Shown: positions 29,690-39,926, counted from the stretch's first letter. The stretch is 64,000 bases of DNA from Akkermansia sp. (GCA_017546445.1 JAFYWX010000002.1:23620-87619), one strand, 5' to 3'. Made by a program: numbers and translations. Notes: a model not told the origin generated them from the sequence alone.

Positions 29690-30706
29690 TTACTTACCCT
29701 TCACCAGCAGCTCAGCAATCTGCACGGCGTTCAGGGCAGCGCCCTTGCGCACCTGGTCACCCACCACCCAGAGGTTCAGGGCGTTGTCGATGGCGATATC
29801 CTTGCGGATACGGCCCACGTAGCAGGTGTCACCGTTGGTGGAGTCAAGCGGGGTGGGCCACACGTTGCTGGCCACATCGTCCATGAGCTCCACACCGGGC
29901 ATGCCATCGAAGCAGCCGCGGGCGCCTTCCACATCCACCGGCTTCTCAAATTGAGCGATGCAGGAGATGGAGTGGCTGCGGTATACGGGAACGCGCACGC
30001 AGGTGCAGGTCACGTTCAGCTCCGGCAGGTTCATAATCTTGCGGCCTTCGTTGAGCATTTTGAGCTCCTCCTTGGTGTAGCCGTTGTCGGCGAACTTGTC
30101 AATCTGGGGCAGCACGTTGAAAGCAATCTGGCGGGGATAGGTCTTAATCTCCACGGGATGACCGTCCACGATGGCGCGTACCTGGTTCTCCAGCTCGGTG
30201 ATGCCGTGCTGCCCGCTGCCGGAAACAGCCTGGTAGCTGCTGGCCACGATGGTCTTCAGACCATACTTCAGGTGCAGCGGGTACAGGGCCATCAGCGTGA
30301 TGATGGTGGTGCAGTTCGGATTGGCAATGATGTTGCGGGGATGATTGAAAGCGGCCTCGCCGTTGATTTCAGGCACTACCAGCGGCACGTCGGCATCCTG
30401 ACGGAAAGCGGAGGAGTTGTCCACCACCACGCAACCGGCAGCACCGGCGATGGGGGCGAACTCGCGGGAAATATCGCCACCGGCAGCAAAGAGAGCAATG
30501 TCCACATCGCCGAAGGAATCAGCGGTGAGCTCCTGCACCGTCAGCATCTCGCCGCGGAATGCAACCTGTTTACCAGCAGAACGATGAGAAGCCAGAAGTT
30601 TAAGTGAGGCCAGCGGGAAGTTGCGGGTCTCAAGGCAGGAAAGAATCTCGACGCCCACCGCACCGGTGGCGCCCACGATAGCGACTCTGGGATTATTCAT
30701 GTTCAT
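29690..30706 (-). CDS. asd: aspartate-semialdehyde dehydrogenase
   Basis: RVAIVGATGAVG NADP fold and NPNCTTI active-site Cys. Start trimmed to MNMNNPRVAIVG. Confidence 0.9.
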   Translation of the reverse strand: MNMNNPRVAIVGATGAVGVEILSCLETRNFPLASLKLLASHRSAGKQVAFRGEMLTVQELTADSFGDVDIALFAAGGDISREFAPIAGAAGCVVVDNSSAFRQDADVPLVVPEINGEAAFNHPRNIIANPNCTTIITLMALYPLHLKYGLKTIVASSYQAVSGSGQHGITELENQVRAIVDGHPVEIKTYPRQIAFNVLPQIDKFADNGYTKEELKMLNEGRKIMNLPELNVTCTCVRVPVYRSHSISCIAQFEKPVDVEGARGCFDGMPGVELMDDVASNVWPTPLDSTNGDTCYVGRIRKDIAIDNALNLWVVGDQVRKGAALNAVQIAELLVKGK

Positions 30707-30825
30707 GAATGATTGGTTTACAGATTGATAATGTGCCCCTGGCACGCGCGTAGTATACACCATTTCCCCGTATTATCAAGCCTAAAGGAAACAGATATTT
30801 CCAGAAATATGCAGCGCAGACGGGC

Positions 30826-31863
30826 TTATTGATGCTGCTCTTTCTGTCGGCACAATTCCGCGAGAGCTTCGGCGCGGGGAAAAGCCATGTAGAAAAGGCG
30901 CTCAGGGGTGGGAATATGCTCCGTCCACACGTTGCCTTGCAGTCCGAGCACCTGCGGCGAAGCCGGTGCGCGGAAACTACGCACCGTTTCCATGGTAATC
31001 ACGTGTTCTCCGGGCGAGGCGTCTGCTCTATTCTGCGGATAATCAAAGTAAAAATGCGAGTTCGGGCACAGAATGACGGGCATCCCCAGGGCCATAATCT
31101 CCTTCATTTTCTCAGCTCGCCAGAGCATAATCCACTGGCCACGCACGCCATTGCACGCAGCCTCATCCCAGGTAATGGCCGGATTCCCCTTTGCTTTCAC
31201 ATAGTCCACCATCTGCTGCATGAACTTCCGCTGCTGCTCAATACCGAGCAGACGGGTATCCACCTCATCGCCACCCAGGTGAATGGGCGTTCCGGCGGGA
31301 AAGAGCTCCACAAGCTCGTCCAGCACATCCTTCACAAACTGCACAACCTCCGGCTTTTCGACGGCCAGAATATCGCGCCCCAGCTTGCAGCCGGGCGGAG
31401 GTTCGAGAGCAAGCTCGGGATAAGCTACAAGTGCGGCATACACATGCCCGGGGATATCAATCTCCGGCACAATCGTGATGCCACGGGCTGCCCCATAAGC
31501 AATGAGGGCTTTCATCTCCTCCTGCGTATAGAATCCACCGTAACAGTTGGCAAAATGGGAGCCGATTTCGTGCTTTCGCCAATCCCAGGCCTGGCCCGGC
31601 AAAGCCTTGCGCCACGCGCCGACGCCGGTAAGCTTCGGGTACTTCCGGATTTCAAGGCGCCAGCCGGGGCCATCTGTCAGGTGTAGATGCAAACGGTTGA
31701 GCTGCAGTGCCGCCATGCGGTCCATCACCTGCTCCAGCACCGGTATATCAAAGAAGTGGCGGGAAACGTCCACATGCAGTCCGCGCCATTCGTATGCCGG
31801 GGCCTCAGCCGCAGCCACACAGGCGGCAGCAAGCGGCATCAGAAGAGATGTAAGCCACTTCAT
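30826..31863 (-). CDS. GH20 beta-N-acetylhexosaminidase (secreted)
   Basis: Signal peptide, GITIVPEIDIPGH, and HLGGDEV (the catalytic D-E pair of family 20). Confidence 0.85.
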   Translation of the reverse strand: MKWLTSLLMPLAAACVAAAEAPAYEWRGLHVDVSRHFFDIPVLEQVMDRMAALQLNRLHLHLTDGPGWRLEIRKYPKLTGVGAWRKALPGQAWDWRKHEIGSHFANCYGGFYTQEEMKALIAYGAARGITIVPEIDIPGHVYAALVAYPELALEPPPGCKLGRDILAVEKPEVVQFVKDVLDELVELFPAGTPIHLGGDEVDTRLLGIEQQRKFMQQMVDYVKAKGNPAITWDEAACNGVRGQWIMLWRAEKMKEIMALGMPVILCPNSHFYFDYPQNRADASPGEHVITMETVRSFRAPASPQVLGLQGNVWTEHIPTPERLFYMAFPRAEALAELCRQKEQHQ

Positions 31864-32411
31864 TTCCTCTCCAGAACCTGCAGCAGCCGTGTTACAGGAA
31901 GACCAATGACATTGTCCAGGTCGCCCTCAAAGCGTTCAATAATCAAATCGCCATGCTCCTGAATAGCGTAGGCCCCTGCCTTGTCGTACACATGCACCAG
32001 GCTCATGTAATGGCGGATGGCGGCTTCATCCAGCGGCCGGAAGGTCACCTTGCTGATTTCCGCGAAATCGCGACGCTCTCCACCGGGCAAGAATACAGCC
32101 ACAGCGGTGCAGACACAATGCGTGCGCCCCTGCAGCTGCATCAGCATAGCCACAGCTTCTGCCTCATCAGCAGGCTTGCCAAGCGGCTGCCCATCAATGA
32201 ACACCAGCGTATCAGCGCCAATGATGGTATCCTCCGGGTATTCCGCCGCCACCGCTGCAGCCTTGGCCGCAGCATTGGTGGCACAGAGATCCTCCGGAGC
32301 CATGGTGGCATCATGCACCTCTTCGGTATCACGCACAACAACACGGAACTCCACCCCCTCACGAGTAAGGAGTTCGCTGCGGCGGGGCGATTGGGAAGCC
32401 AGAATAATCAT
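31860..32411 (-). CDS. maf: Maf-like nucleoside triphosphate pyrophosphatase
   Basis: MIILASQSPRRSELL N-terminus and GAYAIQ block. 4-nt overlaps on both sides. Confidence 0.88.
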   Translation of the reverse strand: MIILASQSPRRSELLTREGVEFRVVVRDTEEVHDATMAPEDLCATNAAAKAAAVAAEYPEDTIIGADTLVFIDGQPLGKPADEAEAVAMLMQLQGRTHCVCTAVAVFLPGGERRDFAEISKVTFRPLDEAAIRHYMSLVHVYDKAGAYAIQEHGDLIIERFEGDLDNVIGLPVTRLLQVLERK

Positions 32412-33970
32412 CGGTTATTGGGGGACATGCGATCCAGAACACGGTGGCGCACCTCATCCGGCAGCTCATGAATGCCCTGAATTGTGGTACCCAGCAATTC
32501 GGAAGCTGCGGCGCGGCAGGCCTCGCGGTCCTCCAGCGTCTCGAACTCCATGCCGACCAGAGCGCGGCCCACATGCTCGCCAGAGTAGCGGTAATTGAAG
32601 TAGCACAGGTTGGCATACTGCCCCATGACGCGCATGAATTCGGAGAAAGCGCCAGGGCGCTCCGGGAATTCAATTACAAAGAATACGGGATGACTCAGAC
32701 GCTCACGGTCATAGGAAATCATGCGGAAACGCACGTCGTCGTGATTGGTCACATCACGGGCGGTAAGGCCCTTCTCTGCCAGCGCGCGTTCAATTTCTTC
32801 AAATTGCGAATCCGTTGCCAGTACACCGAAAACAGGTTGCTGAATATCACCTGCCAGGCGGCCATACTGCACATCCGTCAGAAGCACACCGGACGGAATG
32901 TTTTCCAGATACTTCAGAATCTGCCCCCGCTTGGTCTCCATGGGAATCTGCAGGTATCGCTCATGGCGGTTACTCTCCTGCACACCAGCGCGGCTTGCCA
33001 CCACCCCCATCTGGGCGAAATCCATGTTGGCACCAGAAAGCACCACCAGACACTTCTCACCGGGTTTGATATTACCGTTCTGCCAGTCCTGCAGCAAGGC
33101 GGCCAGGCCCATGGCGCCGGAGGGCTCGGTAATCACGCGCAGACCATTCCAGAGCGAGCGGATAGCCTTGCACACTTCCTCATTGGTCACCGTGACAAAA
33201 CCGTCCAGCAGCTCAGCGCAAAGCTCATAGGTAAGCTCACCGGCCATGCGCACAGCCGTACCATCGCAGAACACATCCACATAAGGCAGGGTCTTGCGCT
33301 CTCCGCTATCCACGGCCAGCTTCATGGATGCCTGGTTTACTCCCTCTACGCCAATGCATTTGCAGTCCGGCCAGAACTTCTTGAACCAGCAGGCGCAGGC
33401 TGCAGCCAGACCGCCACCGCCAATCTGCAAATACACACGGTCAAACGGTCCCTCGCCGCTCATCACCACCTCATCGGCCAATGTACCCTGCCCACCCATG
33501 GTATACACGTGGTCGTAGGGGTGCACGAAGGTGAGGCCATTCGAATCAGCGAACTCATGCGCAGCGTGGGAGGCCGCATCATAGGAGTCGCCCACAAGCA
33601 CAATCTCTACATTCTCGCCACCGTGCATGCGCACGGCATTCTGCTTTACCACCGGGGTGGAACGCGGCATGAAGATATGAGCCTTGCAACCCAGACGCTT
33701 TGCTGCCAAAGCAACGCCCTGCCCGTGATTGCCGGCAGAAGCCGCCACCACGCCGTTGGCACGCTGCTCAGGAGTCAGCTTGGCCATGCAGTTGTAGGCG
33801 CCGCGCCATTTGTAGGCCTTAATCGGGCCTAAATCCTCGCGCTTGGCAAAAACTGTTGCACCGATTTCAGGTAGGCAGATTTCCTGCATGGGAGTGGGGG
33901 AGCCAACGGCATACACGCGCTGGCGAGCCTGCAGAATTTCATCGAAAAGCGTATCTTTGAGTGTGCTCAT
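32408..33970 (-). CDS. ilvA: threonine ammonia-lyase, biosynthetic (two C-terminal regulatory domains)
   Basis: KYRGAYN-like KWRGAYN, SAGNHGQGVALAA, and the ~520 aa length. Confidence 0.92.
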   Translation of the reverse strand: MSTLKDTLFDEILQARQRVYAVGSPTPMQEICLPEIGATVFAKREDLGPIKAYKWRGAYNCMAKLTPEQRANGVVAASAGNHGQGVALAAKRLGCKAHIFMPRSTPVVKQNAVRMHGGENVEIVLVGDSYDAASHAAHEFADSNGLTFVHPYDHVYTMGGQGTLADEVVMSGEGPFDRVYLQIGGGGLAAACACWFKKFWPDCKCIGVEGVNQASMKLAVDSGERKTLPYVDVFCDGTAVRMAGELTYELCAELLDGFVTVTNEEVCKAIRSLWNGLRVITEPSGAMGLAALLQDWQNGNIKPGEKCLVVLSGANMDFAQMGVVASRAGVQESNRHERYLQIPMETKRGQILKYLENIPSGVLLTDVQYGRLAGDIQQPVFGVLATDSQFEEIERALAEKGLTARDVTNHDDVRFRMISYDRERLSHPVFFVIEFPERPGAFSEFMRVMGQYANLCYFNYRYSGEHVGRALVGMEFETLEDREACRAAASELLGTTIQGIHELPDEVRHRVLDRMSPNNR

Positions 33971-34116
33971 AGCCTTATGCGCGGCATTCTACACCAGGAG
34001 TTCATCCCGATGCAAGTACGGAGTGTGTAATGATAACTATTTATACGAGGATACACTGCCGTATGCACCAGATTGCGCTTGATTCCGCCATTTTCGCATG
34101 GTAGAATCGGCGCGCT

Positions 34117-35742
34117 ATGTTCTACATCACAACAGCAATTGACTACACAAACGGCGCTCCCCACATCGGGCATGCGTATGAGAAGGTTCTGGCAGATGTT
34201 CTGGCTCGCTGGCACCGAATGTGTGGCGAAGAAGTTTTCTTCCTGACGGGTGTGGACCAGCACGGTCAGAAGGTACAGCAGAAGGCCGAAGCCGCCGGTA
34301 TGCAGCCGCAGGAATATGCCGACATGGTGACCCGGAAGTTCATTGCCCTCTGGGAGCGTCTCGGTATCCAGTATGATGGCTGGGCTGCCACCACCGATGC
34401 CCGCCACAAGGCCTGTGTGCAGGCTATTCTGACAGATCTTAAGGAAAAGGGCTGCCTGTACAAGAAGGGCTATAAGGGCTTCTACTCCATCCGACAGGAG
34501 CAGTTCCTGACCGACAAGGAGCGCAACGAGGAAGGCGTATTCGGGCCGGAGTGGGGCGAAGTAGTGGAGCTGGAGGAAGAGAACTGGTACTTCAACCTCA
34601 GCCAGCAGGTTGAGTGGCTGAAGGACTACGTAACCACCCACCCCTCCGTAGTCACCCCCGAGTTCCGCCGTCAGGACCTCCTGAACGCCATCGAGCGCTC
34701 CGCCGGCGTGGATTTGTGCATTTCCCGCCCGAAGGACCGTCTTTCCTGGGGCATTCCGCTGCCCTTCGACCCGGATTTCGTGACCTACGTATGGTTCGAC
34801 GCTCTGGTGAACTACATTTCCTTTGCCGGTTACAAGGCTGAGGATGGCGCCGGACTGCCGGACTTCAACAAGCTGTGGCCCGCCGCATGCGAGGTTATCG
34901 GTAAGGACATTCTGGTGCCGGCTCACGGTATCTACTGGCTGTGCATGCTGCACGCCATGGGCTTCTCCGATGACCAGATGCCGGAGCTCCTCGTTCACGG
35001 CTGGCTGAACATTAAGGGTGAGAAGATGTCCAAGTCCCTCGGCAACATCGTAGACCCGAACGACCTGTGCGACGCTTTCGGCCCCGAGGCTGTGCGCTAC
35101 TACCTGGTGCGCGACACCAAGACCGGCTACGACAGCGACTTCGACCCGGAGCGTATGAAGATGATTTACAACACGGAGCTTGCCAACGATATCGGCAACC
35201 TCTGCAACCGATCCCTCAACATGTGCGTGCGCTATTGCGGCGGCACCGTCACCCTCACCGAGGGCGATGACGAGCTCTCCGCAGCCCTGCGCGAGAGCAT
35301 GAGCAACACGGTAGCTAAGTTTGCTGATTGCATGAACTCCTACAACACCTCCGATGCCCTGGCTGCACTGAACGCCCACGTAGGCTTGTGCAACAGCTAC
35401 ATCGAGCAGAAACAGCCCTGGGCTCTGGCCAAGGATGAGGAGAAGCTGCCCGAACTGCAGCGCGTGCTGGCTCACCTGCTGGAATGCTGCGCTCAGGTTG
35501 GTTTCCTGCTTGGCTGCGTACTTCCGGAGGCTTCTGCCCGCATTCTTTCCCAGCTTCAGCTGGATGTTGCCGGCCTTACCCCGCAGGCGATGTCCTGGGG
35601 CCTGGTGAAGGATGGCCACAGCGTGCAGGCTCCCAGCCCGGTATTCCCGCGCATTCTCTCCGAGGAGGAGAAGGAAAAGATGGCCGCCAAGGCTGCCAAG
35701 GCCGCTGAAAAAGCCGCCCGCAAGGCCGCCCAGCAGGGTTAA
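34117..35742 (+). CDS. metG: methionine--tRNA ligase (short form)
   Basis: YTNGAPHIGHAYE and KMSKSLGN motifs, with a Lys/Ala-rich tail. Confidence 0.93.
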   Translation: MFYITTAIDYTNGAPHIGHAYEKVLADVLARWHRMCGEEVFFLTGVDQHGQKVQQKAEAAGMQPQEYADMVTRKFIALWERLGIQYDGWAATTDARHKACVQAILTDLKEKGCLYKKGYKGFYSIRQEQFLTDKERNEEGVFGPEWGEVVELEEENWYFNLSQQVEWLKDYVTTHPSVVTPEFRRQDLLNAIERSAGVDLCISRPKDRLSWGIPLPFDPDFVTYVWFDALVNYISFAGYKAEDGAGLPDFNKLWPAACEVIGKDILVPAHGIYWLCMLHAMGFSDDQMPELLVHGWLNIKGEKMSKSLGNIVDPNDLCDAFGPEAVRYYLVRDTKTGYDSDFDPERMKMIYNTELANDIGNLCNRSLNMCVRYCGGTVTLTEGDDELSAALRESMSNTVAKFADCMNSYNTSDALAALNAHVGLCNSYIEQKQPWALAKDEEKLPELQRVLAHLLECCAQVGFLLGCVLPEASARILSQLQLDVAGLTPQAMSWGLVKDGHSVQAPSPVFPRILSEEEKEKMAAKAAKAAEKAARKAAQQG

Positions 35743-35769
35743 TCATCCCCAATACGCAACTCAATAAAT

Positions 35770-35806
35770 AAAAACAGGCTGAGCACTTAGTGCCAGCCTG
35801 TTTTTA
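35770..35806 (+). terminator. rho-independent terminator after metG
   Basis: AAAAACAGGCTG..GCAC-loop-GTGC-CAGCCTGTTTTT. Confidence 0.75.
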
Positions 35807-36160
35807 TTGCGAAGTATTCCCCGTTATGAAACATTCTTTCCTTTTTTTCTCTGGTTTTAGGTCTATTCTACGGAGTCACATCCCCGATTTCTGCCAAAAG
35901 ATAAGGATAAGGGGGTGAGCCGGGCATTATCCCGGCTCCTGATTTATTTTATGTATTGTATCCAGTTGTAATTAATCTGAACTCCCCCTGCCGAGCTTTG
36001 GCTGCAGAGGGAGAGGTACGAGTCCGAAACAGCCTACCGCAAGCGCCTTGCGAGTGGTACAAACGCTATGAAAAAAGGAATCAGCCAGAATTCCGTCAGA
36101 GGGAACCATGATACATTTGTATTGACACAAGGCCATCATCATGCTAGGCTTTCATGCGCT

Positions 36161-37183
36161 ATGAAGGTTAAGTTTTTCCCCCTTATTCTGCTCAGTGGTC
36201 TGATGACCTGGGTTTTGCCTGTTACCCATGCAGAAGCTGCTGATGCAGCACCGACCACAAAGGTGAGCAAGAAGGCCAAGAAAGCCAAGAAAGGCAAGAA
36301 GAAAGCCTCTAAGGATGATGAGGAAGAAGCGGATGCCGAGGTAGAAGAAAGCGTTGTTGCAGCAAAGCTCAAAGGCAATACCTATTTCACGGATAGCAAG
36401 CCTAATCTGAACGCAAAATATTTCATTTTCCTGGAATCCGCCTCCTGGTGCGGCCCCTGCAATGCAGAGATGCCCGAGGTAGTCAAGGCATATGAAGAAA
36501 TGAAGGCCAGCGGCAAGGTGGAGCTTATTCTGCTGAGCGCAGACCGCACAGCGGCCGAAGCCAAAGGTTTCCTTGACAAATACAAGGCAACCTTCCCCGG
36601 CCTGATGCCGAAGAGCGGAGCTTCTGTTCCCGCACGTCCCGAAGCCAGGGGCATTCCGAATGCAACCATCATGAAGGCTGATGGCACCGTTCTCGACAGC
36701 GGGCACGGCTCCATCATCCGCGGCTGGAAGGACAAGACCATTGGCAAGTTTGCCGTTATCGGCGATGATGGTGAGCCCCGCGTCGGCGCCGCCATGAAAG
36801 GCCTCAAGTTCGCTAATGGCAAGCCCAATTCCAAGGCCGATTTCTATATTTATCTCTACTCACCCACGACGAGCCAGGCCGATACGGACCTGCTGACCGA
36901 GCTGGCCAGCCAGTACAAGGACATGAAGAAGGATAAGGTGGAACTTATCTTCTTCTCCAACTGTAAGACGCCGACAGAGCTGGTCAAACTGCTTAAAGGC
37001 TGCAAAGCCAAGTTCCCGGCTGCACAGAGCAGCGCCAAGGGCATGAAAGACCTGCCTGGGCTGGGTCTCATGGGCGATAAGCCGCAGGCCTGGATTATCA
37101 CCCAGAGCGGAGCCTCCATCATCAGCGGCACTCCCGATATCGTAAAAGATTGGGAAAAAGTTGTTGAGGCCAACCAGGACTGA
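36161..37183 (+). CDS. secreted tandem TlpA-like thioredoxin-fold protein
   Basis: Signal peptide MKVKFFPLILLSGLMTWVLPVTHA (ATG at 36161) and a Lys-rich then acidic linker. The first domain has SASWCGPC. The second, paralogous domain has lost the CxxC (YSPTTSQ). Confidence 0.72.
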   Translation: MKVKFFPLILLSGLMTWVLPVTHAEAADAAPTTKVSKKAKKAKKGKKKASKDDEEEADAEVEESVVAAKLKGNTYFTDSKPNLNAKYFIFLESASWCGPCNAEMPEVVKAYEEMKASGKVELILLSADRTAAEAKGFLDKYKATFPGLMPKSGASVPARPEARGIPNATIMKADGTVLDSGHGSIIRGWKDKTIGKFAVIGDDGEPRVGAAMKGLKFANGKPNSKADFYIYLYSPTTSQADTDLLTELASQYKDMKKDKVELIFFSNCKTPTELVKLLKGCKAKFPAAQSSAKGMKDLPGLGLMGDKPQAWIITQSGASIISGTPDIVKDWEKVVEANQD

Positions 37184-37199
37184 TACCACTTATACACTT

Positions 37200-37721
37200 A
37201 TGCAAGAAACCCTCATTGATTTGAAGAACCGCCGCAGCTGCCGCAAATACACCCAGCAGCAGGTGAGCGAAGAGCAGCTGAATGCTGTTCTGGAGGCCGC
37301 AACCTATGCCCCTACTGGCCATGGTTCCCAGAGCCCGGTTATGGTCGTAGTGCAGGAACCTACCCTGCTTGCCAGACTTTCCGAACTGAACGCCCAGGTG
37401 ATGGGCACCAACCGCGACCCCTTCTACGGCGCACCCACAGCTGTCGTGGTGTTCGAGGATACCAGCGTCGGCACCGGGCACGAAGATGCCTGCATGGTTA
37501 TGGCCAACCTGCTGAACGCCGCTCATGCCGTTGGTCTGGGCTCCTGCTGGATTAACCGCGGGCGCCAGATGTTTGAGCTTCCGGGCGGCCCGGAAATCAA
37601 GGCATCCTGGGGACTCGGAGAGAACATGGCAGGTCTCGCCATCTGCATTCTCGGCTATGAAGCAGAAGGCGGCACCGTGCAGCCCAAGCCCCGCAAGGAG
37701 AACTATATCATCCGCGCCTGA
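37200..37721 (+). CDS. nitroreductase family protein
   Basis: LKNRRSCRKY N-terminal FMN-binding motif and ~170 aa length. Start trimmed to the ATG at 37200. Confidence 0.8.
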   Translation: MQETLIDLKNRRSCRKYTQQQVSEEQLNAVLEAATYAPTGHGSQSPVMVVVQEPTLLARLSELNAQVMGTNRDPFYGAPTAVVVFEDTSVGTGHEDACMVMANLLNAAHAVGLGSCWINRGRQMFELPGGPEIKASWGLGENMAGLAICILGYEAEGGTVQPKPRKENYIIRA

Positions 37722-37744
37722 TCATTTTTTAATATCCTATCATT

Positions 37745-38257
37745 ATGAAAAAAACAATCGTCGCAATCATACTTGCAGCCGTTTGCAGCTGCAACAACAA
37801 CGCACAGGAAACCACTGAGCCCGCAGCACCGGCAGCAGTCAGCAGCACCGCCGCTGTACCCGCTAAACTGCAGGAGATGATTTACATTACTGACACTAAG
37901 CCTGCAGCAGATGCGCAGTTCTATGTGTACCTCAGCTCTGCCTCCTGGTGCCCGCCCTGCCGCGCCATCATGCCCAAGATTGTGGCTGAGTATCCCGCCA
38001 TCAAGGCCGCCGGTGGTGAAATCCTTCTGCTTTGCTGCGACCGCACCGCCGAGGCAGGCCGCGGCTACGTCAAGAAGTATGATGCCAAGTTCCCGGCCGT
38101 CATGGCAGATGTCCGTTCCATGGGCAGTGCAGGCCTGCCTGGTCTTCAGGTTCCCCGTGGCATCCCCGCTATCACCATCGTGACCCCTGCTGGTGAGCTT
38201 ATTCACGCAGGCCATGCCGCCACACTGCTCAACTGGAAAACACTTATCAAGAAGTAA
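37745..38257 (+). CDS. secreted TlpA-like thioredoxin-fold protein
   Basis: Signal/lipobox-like AAVCSC and SASWCPPCRAIMPKIV. Confidence 0.75.
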   Translation: MKKTIVAIILAAVCSCNNNAQETTEPAAPAAVSSTAAVPAKLQEMIYITDTKPAADAQFYVYLSSASWCPPCRAIMPKIVAEYPAIKAAGGEILLLCCDRTAEAGRGYVKKYDAKFPAVMADVRSMGSAGLPGLQVPRGIPAITIVTPAGELIHAGHAATLLNWKTLIKK

Positions 38258-38275
38258 ATCCTGACCTGCTTTATC

Positions 38276-38315
38276 CACAACAAGCCGCGGAGATGATTCT
38301 CCGCGGCTTGTTGTG
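38276..38315. terminator. bidirectional terminator hairpin
   Basis: CACAACAAGCCGCGGAG-loop-CTCCGCGGCTTGTTGTG, between convergent genes. Confidence 0.7.
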
Positions 38316-38336
38316 TTAAGTGATAAAATCTTAAAA

Positions 38337-38996
38337 TCAGGCATTGGCTACAATGCCATCACGAATAATCAGCGTACGGTCTCCGCGTGCGGCAATGGAA
38401 GCATCATGCGTTACAGTCACCAGAGTCTTCCCCCCTTCCTCGGCCAGGCCGAAAAGCAAGTCAAGAATCTGGCCACCATTCCGGGAATCCAGATTACCGG
38501 TGGGCTCGTCAGCAAAGATGATGGCGGGGTCATGCGCCAGAGCTCGCGCTATAGCAACGCGCTGCTGCTCACCACCGGAAAGCTCGTTGGGCAGATGGTC
38601 CATGCGGTCTGCCAGGCCCACTCTCTCGAGAAGAGATTTAACACGCTCCGTAGCCTCCGAGCCTGCTACAGCCGTGGCAAGCGATGCATTTTCCAATGCG
38701 GTCAGCTCAGGCATAAGCATATAGTTCTGGAAAATAAAGCCCATCATCTTATTGCGGAACAGAGCGCGGCGACGCAGGGAAAGCGCATAAATGTCCTCTC
38801 CATCCACAATCACCTGCCCCTGCTGGGGCGGCTCCAGACCGGCAAGTGTGTACATAAGCGTGGTTTTACCTGCACCACTCGGTCCGCAGAGAAACACTCG
38901 CTCCCCCTTGCGGATGTGCAAATCAAGCCCATGCAGCACCTCAATCTGCTTCTTGGCTATGCTGTATGAACGATGAAGATTGAAAGCCTTGATCAT
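38337..38996 (-). CDS. ABC transporter ATP-binding protein (LolD/MacB-type)
   Basis: Walker A GPSGAGKTT, signature LSGGEQQRVAIARAL, Walker B IIFADEPT. Confidence 0.9.
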   Translation of the reverse strand: MIKAFNLHRSYSIAKKQIEVLHGLDLHIRKGERVFLCGPSGAGKTTLMYTLAGLEPPQQGQVIVDGEDIYALSLRRRALFRNKMMGFIFQNYMLMPELTALENASLATAVAGSEATERVKSLLERVGLADRMDHLPNELSGGEQQRVAIARALAHDPAIIFADEPTGNLDSRNGGQILDLLFGLAEEGGKTLVTVTHDASIAARGDRTLIIRDGIVANA

Positions 38997-39841
38997 GAGC
39001 GGGAAAGTTCAATGTTATCAATAAGACGCACATCGCCAAACCAGGCAGCGACGGCAAGAAGTGCAAGGGAATCCGGGGTAGAGAGTGCATGCAGCGTTAC
39101 AGCATCCACCAACTCCACGTAATCACAGCGCACGCCAGGTACAGATTCTAATTCCGCCCGCACCTGAGCACAAATGGCTTCCACCGCAGCACCTGCGGCA
39201 TACACCTCAGCAGCGGCCAGCAGGCTCTTGCGAATAATCGGAGCCGCAGCGCGGTGCTCCGGCGTAAGGCGCACATTGCGGCTGGAAAGGGCCAGGCCAT
39301 CTGCCTCGCGCACAATTTCTGCACCATGCAGAGTGATGGGCATATCCAGATCACGCACCATACGGCGCAGGATGGCAAGCTGCTGGTAATCCTTCTTGCC
39401 GAAAATGGCATCCGTAGGCTGCACAAGATTAAATAGCTTATTCACCACCAGGCAGACACCGGCGAAATGCCCGGGCCGGCTGGCACCGCAGAGCACCGTG
39501 GAAAGATGCGTTTCCTCCAGCGTGATGGAACGGTCTGCGCAATACATGATATCCGGCGTAGGCATGAACACCACATCCACCCCGCAGGATTCGCATATTT
39601 CTAAATCCTGCTCCGGCGTTTTCGGATATGTAGCCAGATCCCCGGCATTATCGAACTGTACAGGGTTCAGGAAAACACTGGCAACCACCACGCCCTCTTC
39701 CCCGGCCAACTGACGGGCCTGGCGAAGCAGGGTGGCGTGTCCCTCATGCAGGGCACCCATTGTCGGCACAAGCACGATGCGATTTCCACGCACGGGGGCC
39801 AGATATGAGCGCAATTCATCCTTCGTGTATGCGGTTTGCAT
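38993..39841 (-). CDS. panC: pantoate--beta-alanine ligase
   Basis: VPTMGALHEGH motif and ~280 aa length. Confidence 0.92.
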   Translation of the reverse strand: MQTAYTKDELRSYLAPVRGNRIVLVPTMGALHEGHATLLRQARQLAGEEGVVVASVFLNPVQFDNAGDLATYPKTPEQDLEICESCGVDVVFMPTPDIMYCADRSITLEETHLSTVLCGASRPGHFAGVCLVVNKLFNLVQPTDAIFGKKDYQQLAILRRMVRDLDMPITLHGAEIVREADGLALSSRNVRLTPEHRAAAPIIRKSLLAAAEVYAAGAAVEAICAQVRAELESVPGVRCDYVELVDAVTLHALSTPDSLALLAVAAWFGDVRLIDNIELSRS

Positions 39842-39926
39842 GAACGTATACTAGCACAAAGGCACAAGTGCATCAACCCATCATGACAGGGATAAATGCC
39901 TCCATGGGCACACCAACGCTCTTTTC

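Noticed and set aside
36122-36150. TTGACA-17-TAGGCT, considered as a promoter for the tandem thioredoxin gene.
   Set aside because: The -10 element matches the consensus at only 3 of 6 positions and ends ~10 nt before the ATG. It is not convincing without TSS data.
38271-38279. A perfect DnaA box TTATCCACA.
   Set aside because: It is a single isolated copy that partly overlaps a terminator stem between two convergent genes, 11 kb from dnaA. It is most likely a chance occurrence rather than an origin element.
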